NCBI GenBank assembly: GCA_951406725.2
Contig: OX597822.1
Coordinates: forward strand, 77,872,001 to 77,936,000
DNA length: 64,000 nucleotides
DNA from: Octopus vulgaris
Lineage: Eukaryota
Direction of reading: 5' to 3'
Positions within the stretch are counted from its first letter, which is position 1. Every line of letters begins with the position of its first letter. Below the pieces are notes generated by a model that was given only the letters and a program-made list of their open reading frames with translations, was not told where the DNA came from and made no database searches. Positions 26,321 to 38,840 of the stretch are shown here, piece after piece. The translations under genes were made by a program, and so were the position numbers.

Positions 26321-28016
26321 CATATTGTCACAGACATATAAGGAAGGAGAGAAACTAGATTAGCAAAAGCTTTAATGACAGTTATTGCATGACGAGGGGG
26401 TGGGGCCTGCCTAGGGTTAAGCACAATAATAGTAACGAGGAAGATCCATAGTAAAACAGCCACGCATCATTAATACATAAATACAGCAGCACTATATCAC
26501 TACCACCGTACTACTAGCACTCCTACTACCACTCCTCAATACATCGTACCATCTCTATTTCGTCACAATTCCTCTCACGACATCGTTGCTAGGCAACGCA
26601 GTTGTCATGCTGTTTGGAAAACGCACACACACACACACACATATATGCACACACGCATACGCATTGTCACGCGTGCGCTTACACACACATACACGTACAC
26701 ACACAGACACAGACACACACACACGCACAGTCACGCGTGCGCTTACACTCACACACAGAGGCACATACACACACACAGAGACACACACACTCACACACAC
26801 ACACATTCAGAGGCATACACACAGTCACGCGTGCGCTTACACACACACACATATACATGCGCACACATATACACGCGAGTACTCTATATGTGTATGTATA
26901 ATTCGGTATATGTTTACCCATACGCACTCACGCGCATGCACGCGCGCACAGTGTGTGTGTGTGTGTGCATATATACTTTTATTCTTTTAATTGTTTCAGT
27001 CATTTGACTGCGGCCATGCTGGAGCACCGCCTTAAAGGGTTTTAGCCGAAGAAATCGACCTCAGAACTTATTCTTTTGTAAGCCTTGTACTTATTTAATC
27101 AGTCTCCTTCGCCGAATCGTTGGTTAAGGGGACGTAAACCCGCCAACATCGGCTATCAAGGGGTGGTGGTGGGGGCAAACACACACACACACACACACAC
27201 GCACACATATATGACGAGCTTCTTTCAGTTTCCGTCTCCCAAATCCACTCACAAGGCTTTGCTTGTCCCGAAGCTATAATAGAAGACAGTTGTCCAAGGT
27301 GCCACACAGTGGGACTGAACCCGGAACCATGTGGTTAGGAAACAAGCTTCTTACCACATAGCCACTCCTGCGCCTAGCAGCCGTATGTATGTATGTATGT
27401 ATGTATGTATGTATGTATGTATGTATGTATGTATGTATGTATGTATGTACGTATGTATGTATGTATGTGTGTGTATTATGTGTACGTATAATTGTGTATG
27501 TGCATACCATGTCATGGTGTGTGTGTGTGTATGTGTATATATATATATATATATGTACTTATATTTATGCATGCACACATATGATTATGTATATATACAA
27601 TTATAAGTGTAAGTATATACATGTGTATACATATGTATATATATGCATGTATATAAGTGTATATATGTATGTATCTATGTTCGTGTGCGTGTGTCTGTAT
27701 GTGTGTCTGTGTATCTGCGCATATGTCTGTGTGTGTGCGCGCGCGTATAAATTTGTGTGGATGTATTCGCGTGCATGTATATTGACATATTCTTTAAAGG
27801 TGTCGCGTAAGGTCTGGTTGGAGGCTGAACCTTCCGAGTTTTTTTGTTTTTTTTTTCACAGGGCTTAGAAAAGCTGAAGGATCGTTGCAACAAGTGTGTG
27901 AACCTGAGAGGGGAACATGCTGAAAATGTCGAAAAAAAGTCATAATTAAACTGACTCTCCTGTATTTTCTTTTAGCCAAAGCCGGGAACTTTTCGACAAC
28001 CTCTTTTGTGTGTGTG

Positions 28017-28084
<68 letters not shown>

Positions 28085-28161
28085 CTTTATTTTAAGCAGC
28101 AGAAAATTCAACAAAATCTGTTACTCTGAGTTTCTCGCCGTTCATCAGACAGTTTTTGCTA
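28085..28161 (-). mobile_element. Short 3' fragment of the 33.7-34.9 kb family, including its hammerhead (28118-28152)
   Basis: Nearly identical to 33751-33830 except for a 3-bp deletion in stem II; lies between TA repeats. Confidence 0.85.
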
Positions 28162-28165
28162 TATA

Positions 28166-28198
<33 letters not shown>

Positions 28199-28245
28199 TA
28201 TATATTATGTATGTTATCATATATATATACACACATATTATTTAT

Positions 28246-28281
<36 letters not shown>

Positions 28282-28301
28282 CATACATATATATTTATAT
28301 T

Positions 28302-28345
<44 letters not shown>

Positions 28346-28346
<1 letters not shown>

Positions 28347-28566
28347 GCGGGGTGGTAGAAAAGTTCTTCGCATTAACGGTGTCGCGAAAGGCCTGGGTTG
28401 GAGGCCCAAACTTCCGAGTTCTTTTTGCAAGGCTTAGAAAAACTGAAGGACTGCTGTGATAATATGTGTGAATCCGAGGGAGGGAATATGTTGATTAAAA
28501 TCATAACAAACTGATCCTCCTGTATTTTCTTTTAGTTAAAGCCTGGGACAATTCCGCGTCCCCTCG
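28346..28566 (+). mobile_element. Mariner-derived non-autonomous element (partial second copy about 27795-28005)
   Basis: TA|CG(C)GGGG ... CCCCTCG|TA termini and an internal remnant of a mariner transposase C-terminus (GLEKL...CV...YV). Confidence 0.65.
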
Positions 28567-28924
28567 TACATACGATTGGCCTGGAGGATAAACCTACGTG
28601 CATATGAATCAGGATATATATATGTGTTTGTGTCCATTTTCGTGTGTATGTGTGTATATATATATTTGTGTGGGCGTATTTCTGAGCGTATGTGTATATG
28701 TACGCGTGTCTATATGCAAATATACGGATATCTGCGTGTGTGCGTGAGTGTGTGCGAGTGTGTTTGTGTGTATGGGTATGTATATTTGGATTCTGTTCGG
28801 TATAGGTGTGCGTGGGTGTATGTGTGTATATGCTTGTGTATGTGTGCACGCGTATGCGTGTGTGTGTACGTGTGTGTGTTCAGTTCACAATAATCTAACA
28901 GCGATCTAGTTATATATATATATG

Positions 28925-28958
<34 letters not shown>

Positions 28959-28968
28959 TGTATGTATG

Positions 28969-29019
<51 letters not shown>

Positions 29020-29489
29020 GCATGTATGTATGTATGTATTTACATATACACACACCAGTGTGGTACCTAATGATCGATTTTTGTTGACCATTTCATGTCT
29101 TTGATCTGTTGTCATGTTATTTGATGCCTCGTGTGGTTATCGATCACATATATGGGCGTTGTGGAGGGTTGTGGTGTTGGCGGTGGTGGTCGTTTTGATG
29201 GGCGTGGTGATAGTGATTATAGTGACGGCAATGTAATACATTCACACATACATATTTATATATGTGTGTGTGTATGGATATGTATGCAAATATATATATA
29301 TATATATACATCATTAAATATATATTTATATATGTGTGTATGTATGTATGTATGTATGTATGTATGTATGTATGTATGTATGTATGTATGTATGTATGTA
29401 TGTATGCATGCATGTATGTATGTATGTATGTATGTATGTATGTATGTATGTATGTATGTATGTATGAATATATGTATGTATATATGTAT

Positions 29490-31680
29490 GTTATTTTTCA
29501 GTTTTATTTCAAGATTTTTTGCCAACAGAGAAAGAGCGGGTTTCTAACCTTCATTGGAATTTCAACATCAACAACTGGGTATTTTTGTATGTATGTATGT
29601 ATGTATGTATGTATGTATGTATGTATGTATGTATGTATGTGTGTGTGTGCGTGTGTGTGTGTGCGCGCGCAGATTTGTATGTTTTGCTTTATGTATGTAT
29701 TTTCTTGCATATAGTTGCATATCTAGACATGCTCATATATACTTAAATGATAGACTTCTGGAAAGTTTTACAGATTTTTACAGCTCCTGTGATGGATTGG
29801 ATCTGTAGTTTTCGAACCAGCTCTCTCCTTTCTGGTTTTGAGAAGCCAAATATTTCAAGTTTGGCATTTAGGCAGTGTGTTACATATGTCAGGGCCCTAA
29901 TAATTACAAGTATAAATCTGAACTTGTAATCTGGATTGAATAACTGCACATTTCTCAATAGTTCAGTGGAGGTATTCTCTCTTTCACTGATCCTCAGCTT
30001 TATCAACAACTGTACACAGTTTCTTTTCTCTATCCTAAATCATTATGTCTGGTCTGTTTGCTTATATTTTATTGAGGTCTTCACTGGGACATCCCACCAG
30101 TATTCCTTTTTATTATGAGTGGCTATGGCTTCTACCATATTGTGGGTTTTTATATCTTTGTCTTCGGGATTATCCTTCCGACGTATTTCCTTATGTAGTG
30201 TCCTAGCTACAACGTCATGTAGAGTTGTGTGACTTTGGGCATGTATTCTAGGTTATCAGACAAAGAGTGCTGCTCAAGGAGCTGCTTCCAAGTCTCATGG
30301 TGTTATCAGCCTCATGTATGCAACCTTGGTGAAGGGTTGCACTTCGACACTTGGTGTTTAAAAGATGTTGCCGAAGGGACATGATGCGGCATTCAAAGGC
30401 ATTTTGGATCGATGTTATACCTCTGCCGCCTTGCTTTCGCTTTAAGTATAGGCGGTCTACGTCACTGTTTATGGGGACATTATGTGTGCGTGTTAGTATT
30501 TTCGGGTTTTCATATCAATGGCTCGGATCTCATCAAGCATCCAATCAAGCAGCCCAAATGTTGGTATCAGTAATGGCACTGCAAACACATGGTGAGCCAC
30601 TGTTTTATTGAAAGCAGAGAGCGCTGAGGTCCAAATTTTCTTTATTCGGCGGTAATATTCTTTAGTGACACGTGTTTTGTTACAGGTGCCATGGTAAGAT
30701 ATATTTTCATCCAGCCCTAGACACCTGTAACATTCCTCGTCAGATATAGGGGAAACAGTCAAATCATTGATGGAGATGTTACTAGTCTTGTTTATAGTTT
30801 TCACCGTTTCCACAACCATAATAGAACATTTATCCTGACCAAACTCCAGCGCTACATCCTTGGAAAATGTTGTAACTAGGTCAAGGCTCTTTTTCATCTC
30901 ATGCGTCTTATTTGTATAAAGTTTTAAGTCATCTACAAATAAACAGTGTGTAATTTTGGTATTTCTATTTCCATGTGAACCAGTGAGATATTCTTCAAGT
31001 TTCTTTAACATGAATGGCAAGGTGTTTACAGAAAGTATAAACAGCATCACAGAGAGGCTGTCTCCGTGGAATATGCCTTTGCGATACTGTATTCTATTGA
31101 TGATAATACAGTCACTTTAGCAGGTTAAAGGTCTTCTAGCATCCATGAGTGGGGAACAAAGTCAAAGGCTTTCTTGTAGTCTAGCCACATTGAAACTAGG
31201 TTCCTCCTATGCTCTCGCACCTCTGACCTCACAGTGTTGTTGATTAGCAATTGCTCGATACATCCCCAGATTCCTTTCTTCCCAGCTGCTTCTTCTGCTG
31301 TGATAATGTTATTGGTTTCACAATGGTCCAGGAGGAAATGGTTTAAATATGCTGTATTTATCTTATACATTAAGTCCTAGCATGCAATTAGCCGGCAGTT
31401 TTGTTGTTGTTTTTTTTGCCATGTGGGTGGTTATGCATTTGGAGATCAATTTTATCTCTGCCAGAGCTAACCAGTATGGTCTGCTACTGTTCCCAATGAA
31501 AGTTTGCTAGTACAGATTGATAAGATATGGTCGGTAGAATGTTAGCTTCTTGTACCAATATCCAACAATCAAGTCTCTTCCAGGTGCTTTTCCATCCTGG
31601 AGTTTCTAGATCACAATTGGAAGAGTTTCACCATCAATGTTGTATGTCTTGGATATGTAACGCAGGAGCAATAAATTTTT
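29490..31680 (-). mobile_element. RLE-type non-LTR retrotransposon, second family, decayed
   Basis: RT motifs WLDYKKAFDFVPHSW, HCLFVDDLKLY, FGQDKC and C-terminal LQIQSITGAVKICKTF; 3'UTR with (TACA)n. Confidence 0.88.
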
Positions 31681-31727
<47 letters not shown>

Positions 31728-32107
31728 GAGTGGCTGTGTGGTAAGTAGCTTGCTTACCAATCTGGGTTCAGTACCAGTGCGTGGCCACTTGGGTAAATGT
31801 CTTCTACTATAGCCTTGGGCCGACCAACGCCTCCTGAGTGGATTTGGTAGACGGAAACTGGAAGAAGCACATCGTATATGTATATATATGTGTGTATTTG
31901 TGTGTATATGTTTGTGTGTCTGCTTGACAACGGAACCGATGCTGGTGTGTTTACATCCCCGTAACTTAGCGGTTCGACAAAAGAAACCGATAGAATAAGT
32001 ACTAGGCTTACAAAGAATAAGCTCTGGGGTCCTTTTGCTCGACTAAAGGCAGTGCTCCAGCAGTGCCGTAGTCAAATGACTGAAACAAGTAAAAGAATAA
32101 AAGAATA

Positions 32108-32223
<116 letters not shown>

Positions 32224-32620
32224 TTATAATTTTCTAACGTAGTTCATAGCGAAGACGTGCTCAATTCGAACCAGAGGCCTTAGATAAGTATAGTGGATAG
32301 AATGGAAAAAGTTCAAATCAAGCAGGCTACGATTAAGACATACATATACGGGTTTAGTTAAGATAAAATGAGGATTGACCCAACTAAAACGTATATCGAT
32401 ATATTAGAGATATAAAAATATATAGAAATATAAAAATATATGAACACTAAAAATATGAATGGTCATATAGATATATAAATACATAAACATACTAATAATA
32501 GAATTTAGATAAAAATAATAGTGGAATATAGAGAAAAAAACGTTGTTTAAAAAATTTGAAATAGGGAATAGTTATAGGCATTAAAAAGAGCTTTGGGTTA
32601 CTGTTAGAAGAAATAGAGTG

Positions 32621-32710
32621 TTTCCGACGATCGTTTCTGGAGTTCATTCGTCCGAATTACGGATGAATCTGAAGATTCATTTCCAGAGAATTCCCCCTTC
32701 ATCAGGGAAA
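32621..32710 (-). ncRNA. Type I hammerhead ribozyme with long stem II, inside a decayed fold-back element (arms about 32420-32590 vs 32745-32760 plus 33225-33350)
   Basis: The reverse complement reads TTTCC | CTGATGA | AGGGGGAATTC...GAACTCCA | GAAA CGATCG TC | GGAAA. Canonical core, stem I TTTCC/GGAAA, palindromic stem III ACGATCGT, GUC triplet. Confidence 0.8.
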
Positions 32711-32971
32711 AAGAAAAATGATTTTTATTCTAGATATGCGTTTCAGTTCTTTAATGCCTATTATTATACCGTACTCTTACTCTTTCACTATTTTACTTGT
32801 TTTAGTCATTTAGTCGAGCAAATCGACCCCAGGACTTATTCTTTGTAAGTCTAGTACTTATTCTATCGGTCTCTTTTGCCGAACCGCTAAGTTACGGGGA
32901 TGTAAACACACCAGCATCGGTTGTCATGCGATGTTGGGGGACAAACACAGACATACAAACACACACGCATA

Positions 32972-33045
<74 letters not shown>

Positions 33046-33617
33046 CGACGGGCTTCTTTCAATTTCCATCTACCAAAACCACTCACAAGGTTTTGGTTGG
33101 TCCGAGGCTATAGTAGAAGACACTTGTCCAAGGTGCCACGCAGTGCGACTGAACCCGGAACCATGTTGTTCGTAAGCAAGCCACGTACCACACAGCCACT
33201 CCTGCGCCTATCAAAATATCTTTTAAATTAAAAAATTTTTTTAAAAACGGTTTTTTTATCTATATTCTATTATTAGTATGTTTATGTATATATATACCTA
33301 TATGACCATGTATATTTTTAGTGTTCATATATATTTATATTTCTATATATTTTGATGGTGATACCTCAGTCACACAACACACGGTTTTTAAGTCTTCCAA
33401 ATGCTTTGCTAGCTTTTTTGATTCCCACATTTACACAAACACACACACACACACACACACATGCATAAATACAAAAATACCCTGTTGTTGGTGTTGAAAT
33501 TCCAATGAAGGGGCCTTGGCTTGGATCTAGGTTAGAAACAGGTTCTTTCTCTATTGGCAAGAAATCTTGAAATAAACTGAATAATGACATAAATACGTAC
33601 ATACATACATACATACA

Positions 33618-33679
<62 letters not shown>

Positions 33680-33681
<2 letters not shown>

Positions 33682-34944
33682 GGAGTAAACACATAAATGT
33701 GAAACAAGGTGGAAAAAAGAGTACTCAAATACCAGTGGTAGAGTAATATGCTTTATTTTAAGCAGCAGAAAAATCAACAAAATCTGTTACTCTGAGTTTC
33801 TCGTTGCCGTTCATCAGACAGTTTTTGCTAGAATGGAACATATATATTAATTCAATCTATACTCTTACAAACGCTACACCTTTAAAAAGAAATGGACTTG
33901 TTTGATTGGCCCTTTAGAAAAAACGGTCAATCTTCGAGCGATAAACAAAAAGGTCAAAAATATATGTATATATATATAAAAACTTATAAAAATTATAAAA
34001 TCCGAGGAAAATACCGAGGAAAAAACCTGTTGCCGTTAATGAAGACAGTACAAATTAATGCATAGAAATTAAACCTGTTATAAATACTGCAATACATATT
34101 TATATTAAAATCCACATATATATATCAACATACACAAAAGGATGCGTAAACGCCATACATACATATACAGACGTATGAATATGAATCTAAATTATACACA
34201 TAAAAGCATGTGTACATATATTCACGCAAACCGTCTCGCACGCAAGCTAAAATTCATCTATGTAGCAATTCTCGTATACTGAGCAAGGAGGGGGAACGAA
34301 AGAAAGGGAAAGAGAAAAAGGAACGGAGGAGGGGTGGGGAAAAAATTTTTTTCCCCACCCCTCCTCCGTTCCTTTTTCTCTCTTTCCCTTTCTTTCGTTC
34401 CCCCTCCTTGCTCAGTATACGAGAATTGCTACATAGATGAATTTTAGCTTGCGTGCGAGACGGTTTGCGTGAATATATGTACACATGCTTTTATGTGTAT
34501 AATTTAGATTCATATTCATACGTCTGTATATGTATGTATGGCGTTTACGCGCATCCTTTTGTGTATGTTGATATATATATGTGGATTTTAATATAAATAT
34601 GTATTGCAGTATTTATAACAGGTTTAATTTCTATGCATTAATTTGTACTGTCTTCATTAACGGCAACAGGTTTTTTCCTCGGTATTTTCCTCGGATTTTA
34701 TAATTTTTATAAGTTTTTATATATATATACATATATTTTTGACCTTTTTGTTTATCGCTCGAAGATTGACCGTTTTTTCTAAAGGGCCAATCAAACAAGT
34801 CCATTTCTTTTTAAAGGTGTAGCGTTTGTAAGAGTATAGATTGAATTAATATATATGTTCCATTCTAGCAAAAACTGTCTGATGAACGGCAACGAGAAAC
34901 TCAGAGTAACAGATTTTGTTGATTTTTCTGCTGCTTAAAATAAA

Positions 34945-34947
<3 letters not shown>
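33680..34947. mobile_element. 1.2-kb near-perfect palindrome (non-coding PLE-type fold-back insertion) in (TA)n, with terminal hammerheads
   Basis: Arms of about 600 bp mirror around 34347 with essentially no spacer; mirror ORFs 34210..34440 (+) and 34254..34484 (-). One-sided extension at 33680-33748; flanked by (TA)n. Confidence 0.9.
34875..34912 (+). ncRNA. Minimal type I hammerhead ribozyme; mirror copy 33784-33821 on -
   Basis: CTGT | CTGATGA | ACG-GCAA-CGA | GAAA CTCAGAG TA | ACAG. Canonical core, stem I CTGT/ACAG, GNRA-capped stem II, stem III ACTC/GAGT, cleavage triplet GUA. Confidence 0.85.
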
Positions 34948-34980
<33 letters not shown>

Positions 34981-36821
34981 GCATGCATATAACAAAACAG
35001 AATCATACATCGCCTGCATAGACATGCATGTACTCAGTGGTGTAGCTTGTGTGTGTGCCGTCCGGGACAGCCCATGAGTTTGCCAATTTTCACCCTTCCG
35101 TGCCAATCCAGCCTTTATAAACTTAAACAGTAGGCCTAACATGTCATTCCTATAAAAATGTCGATCCGATATGCCCTTCTTTATTTAAGACGCCGTGGTG
35201 TGATAGAAGAGAGATTTCGTTGCTATTTCTGGAAGGTTGATTGGTCAATTAGAAGCTCGCTGGTTGTCGTTGTTTAGCCCAAGGAACGCTGTGATCCAGA
35301 AGAACTACTCCATTGTCAGATGCTTTTTCGAACACAGGAAGATATAATTTGAAGGAGATTTGGCTACTATTTGCAGCTGGTCGATCGATCCCACAGAAAC
35401 TCCTTCAAGATAAATCCATTCAATCTAAATTAATGTTGGTGTTAGCATAGTGAAGCAAGAATTTTTTGTTATAGTTACGTCCACAACGGGGAAAAAATTG
35501 ATTGGTTAAATCATGTTAAATATTAACGTCTTAATTGTTAAAAAGTAAAGGGGAGGAAATCCTTAATTCAAATCACCGTTTTTGCCGGCGTCTAGACGTA
35601 CTCCAGCACACGACACACCCCAATTTTACAAGTAGATTTTATTGATAAATCAAATTTAATATTTTTAATCAGATACTTATTGAAAGATATTTTAAAGGTG
35701 TCTTATAGGGGGAAATGTATAATTTTGTGCAAGCAAATACAATGCCGCAATAGTGTACTGGAATAAATGTATGAAACCATACATTTATCTTATATACGTT
35801 ACGTTGTGAGAGTACTGTATTCCAACTTTATATTCTTTCAGAGCCGTTGTATAGCTGTTTGTATTTTGGTCTAATGAATTACCACAAACGATGTGAAATT
35901 TGTGTTTTTGTCTGTGACGTTTTGTGCAACTGCGACCTGCAACCAGAGCTGTGCACAGCCAGCGCTAGGGTTTTGTTGTCATCCACTTATTGCAAATAAG
36001 CTCACCGGCGGATAAATGTTTGCCATTCCTTTCAACGTTTAGATAATTAAAAGCAAAATGTCTCTTAAAGGTAACACAGTCATTAAATAAGGTAAGACAC
36101 ATATCAGGTATGGATTACGTCTGCTGAAAAAAGGAGTTACAATGAGATTGGTTGACCTTTTCCCGTAACTGTCGATCAAATCATAAGCAATTTTTCGTTT
36201 GTGTTAACAAACTGTGGGGTTACACTTCGTTTTCGACAGTTCATTAAAACTAACAGTTACTGTGCGGAGCGAACTTATAGTTATCCGTCACCCCAGCCTA
36301 CAACACTCAGTATCCCATTCGTAATACCGCCACATTAAACGCAGGGCAATTGTTTGATATTCTTAAGCCTTTAACTGTCTAAAACATTTTCGTAAGTTTG
36401 TCCGGAATGTTCATGCTTTTTTTTTCTTTTTTCTCAGACTTTGAGTAAGCTCTTGTTTCATACGTTCTGAGTAACACAAAGCTTTCTTTTCCTAAGTCCC
36501 AAGTTATTATGGTGCTTGAAAAAAACTGGGAATGTATGCCATATATGATGCTTGGATGCCAAGGAAATATGCCCTGTGTATTACATGTGAGGTCTTGTGT
36601 ATTACATTTGGTACACAGGATAAGTAAAGGGCTTAAAGAGTGCGCCATGCACCGGTAAATACGGTAAACGGAAATTATTAAAAATAGAATGTAATGGTGA
36701 GTGAGTTTGATGTTTGTCAGTCCAGCGATAACTTAGAACATGTTTCTGTCTTGTTGATCCTCTTTTTAAAATTTCTTTTTCCTTTCTCGACCAGTTTTCA
36801 ATCTCCAGAGGTGAAGCTATC

Positions 36822-37052
36822 ATGCATATTCTATCGTCACTCCTTGTCCTATTGGCCAGTTTACACCACATCTCTTCTCAAGACTGTCAGACACTACGCT
36901 CTGAAATCAACGTCAACAAATACGTCAACACCGTTTACCGTGGTCGACATGTCGAGGTACGGTGCACGGGTCGCCTGGCTTTGAATAAATGCGAAGGAAC
37001 TTGTTGGTCCTATGAATCACCGAGTGTTACAGACCCACGTGGATTTAAAAAG
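36822..37052 (+). CDS. pburs: Bursicon beta (partner of bursicon)-like cystine-knot neurohormone, coding exon 1
   Basis: ATG at 36822 starts a signal peptide (MHILSSLLVLLASLHHISS), followed by QDCQTLRSEINVNK...RCTGRLALNKCEGTCWSYESPSVTDPRGFKK. This matches the bursicon-beta pattern CETLxSEIH...TCxGxxxVNKCEGxCxSxxxPSVxxPxGFxK. Phase-0 donor AAG|GTACGT after 37052. A polypyrimidine/CAG acceptor just upstream (36808) suggests an earlier 5'UTR exon. Confidence 0.92.
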
Positions 37053-37504
37053 GTACGTATATTTATACTTGTTTCAGCGGCCATATTGATGCATTGCCTT
37101 GACGGGTTTTAGTTGAACTAGTCTTATTTGAAAGTTTGATACTTATTTTATCGGTCACTTTTGCCGAACCGCTAACTTATGAAGACATAAACAAACCAGT
37201 GCACACATACTGCCCTCACTCAATCACTGACTCCCTCCCTCCCTCACTCATTCACTTATTTAATAAATAAATATTCTTTTATTTGTTCCAGTCATTTGAC
37301 TGCGGCCATACTGGAGCACCGTCTTTAGTCGAGCAAATCGACCCCAGGACTTATTCTTTCTATGCCTGGTACTTATTCTATCAGTACTTTTGCCGAACTT
37401 CTAAGTTGCAGGGACGTAAACACACCAGCATCGGTTATCAAGCAATGTTGGAGGGGACAAATACAGACATACAAACACACACGCATAGACACACACACAC
37501 ACAC

Positions 37505-37536
<32 letters not shown>

Positions 37537-38681
37537 GTACACACCACACACACACACACATGTATATACACGACGGGCTTCTTTCAGTTTCCGTCTGCCA
37601 AATCCACTCACAAGGCTTTGGCCGACCCAAGGCTATAGTAGAAGACACTTGCTCCAGATGTCACGCAGTGTGACTGAACCCAGAACCATGTGGTTGATAA
37701 GCAACCTGCTTACCACACAGCCACTCCTGCGCAAGATCACACATTCAACAAAACGAAATCAACCAGTTTAAAAACTCGAAAAAGCAAAGTCGTGAAATTC
37801 TTTTGTTTGCTCAATGTAGTAATAATGGTAATATTGCGCAGTTTTAATATTTAGTGGAGCCTTAAGGGAAGTTCGTGTGACATCAACATTAGATAGATTT
37901 TAACATAAATAATTTGTGACACTCATTATTCATAATTTCCTACCTCTTCAGAGTTAATCTTATGATTTATGCACGTAACCTCGTTTATCACTGATTCATT
38001 CATCACGGATCCAGGATAACACGGTACGTTCAATTGTGAACCATGTTACGCTTATCACGGATTTATCAGTGATAACACAGGTCGGTAATCGGTCGAAGAT
38101 TTATGCTTGTACTGCAGAAACGCGCTCCAGTAACCACCTACAATGCTCGATCATCCAAAATGCTCGGGCTATCGCTAGTTTTAATAATATCATGCTTCGA
38201 AGCTGCGTATTTTGGGTGGTTTCTTATTTCTTTACTGTCCACAAGGGACTATACACAGAGGAGACAGACAAGGACAGACAAACGGATTAAGTCGATTATA
38301 TCGACCCCAATGCGTAACTGGTACTTATTTAATCGACCCCGAAAGGATGAGAGGCAAAGTCGACCTCGGCAGAATTTGAACTCAGAACGTAGCGGCAGAC
38401 GAAATACCTATTTCTTTACTACCCACAAGGGGCTAAACACAGAGAGGACAAACAAGGACAGACAAAAGGATTAAGTCGGTTATATCGACCCCAGTGCGTA
38501 ACTGGTACTTAATGTATTGAACTCAGAACTCAGAACGTAACGGCAGACGAAATACGGCTGCGCATTTCGCCCGGCGTGCTAACGATTCTGCCAGCTCGCC
38601 GCCTTTTGGGGGTGGGGGGTTTCTTTACGGATTTACGTACTCGTATCAATTCAACGTTGGACCAGTGGACAGAAAAAAAAG

Positions 38682-38840
38682 ATGGCAACCGATCCTAACA
38701 AACGACGGAAACGATTGTATTCTTTATAGGAAAATGTAGAGATGATCAAGAAAATACGTGATGGTGAAAGCTTCATTGCCTTGGGCCACGAGTTTGGTGT
38801 TAATAAATCTACCATTCATTTCATTTACAAAAAGCGCGGA
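38682..38840 (+). pseudogene. pogo/Tigger transposase N-terminal HTH remnant (in the bursicon intron)
   Basis: MATDPNKRRKRLYSL*ENVEMIKKIRDGESFIALGHEFGVNKSTIHFIYKKR, a CENP-B/psq-type HTH with an in-frame stop. Confidence 0.7.

Noticed and set aside
34210-34484. Twin 76-aa ORFs on opposite strands as duplicated genes
   Set aside because: They are mirror products of the palindrome axis, low complexity, with no recognisable domain.
36058-36070. ATGTCTCTTAAAG|GT as a tiny upstream coding exon of bursicon beta
   Set aside because: Its phase does not match the strong CAG acceptor at 36808, and the ATG at 36822 already gives a complete signal peptide; transcripts would be needed.
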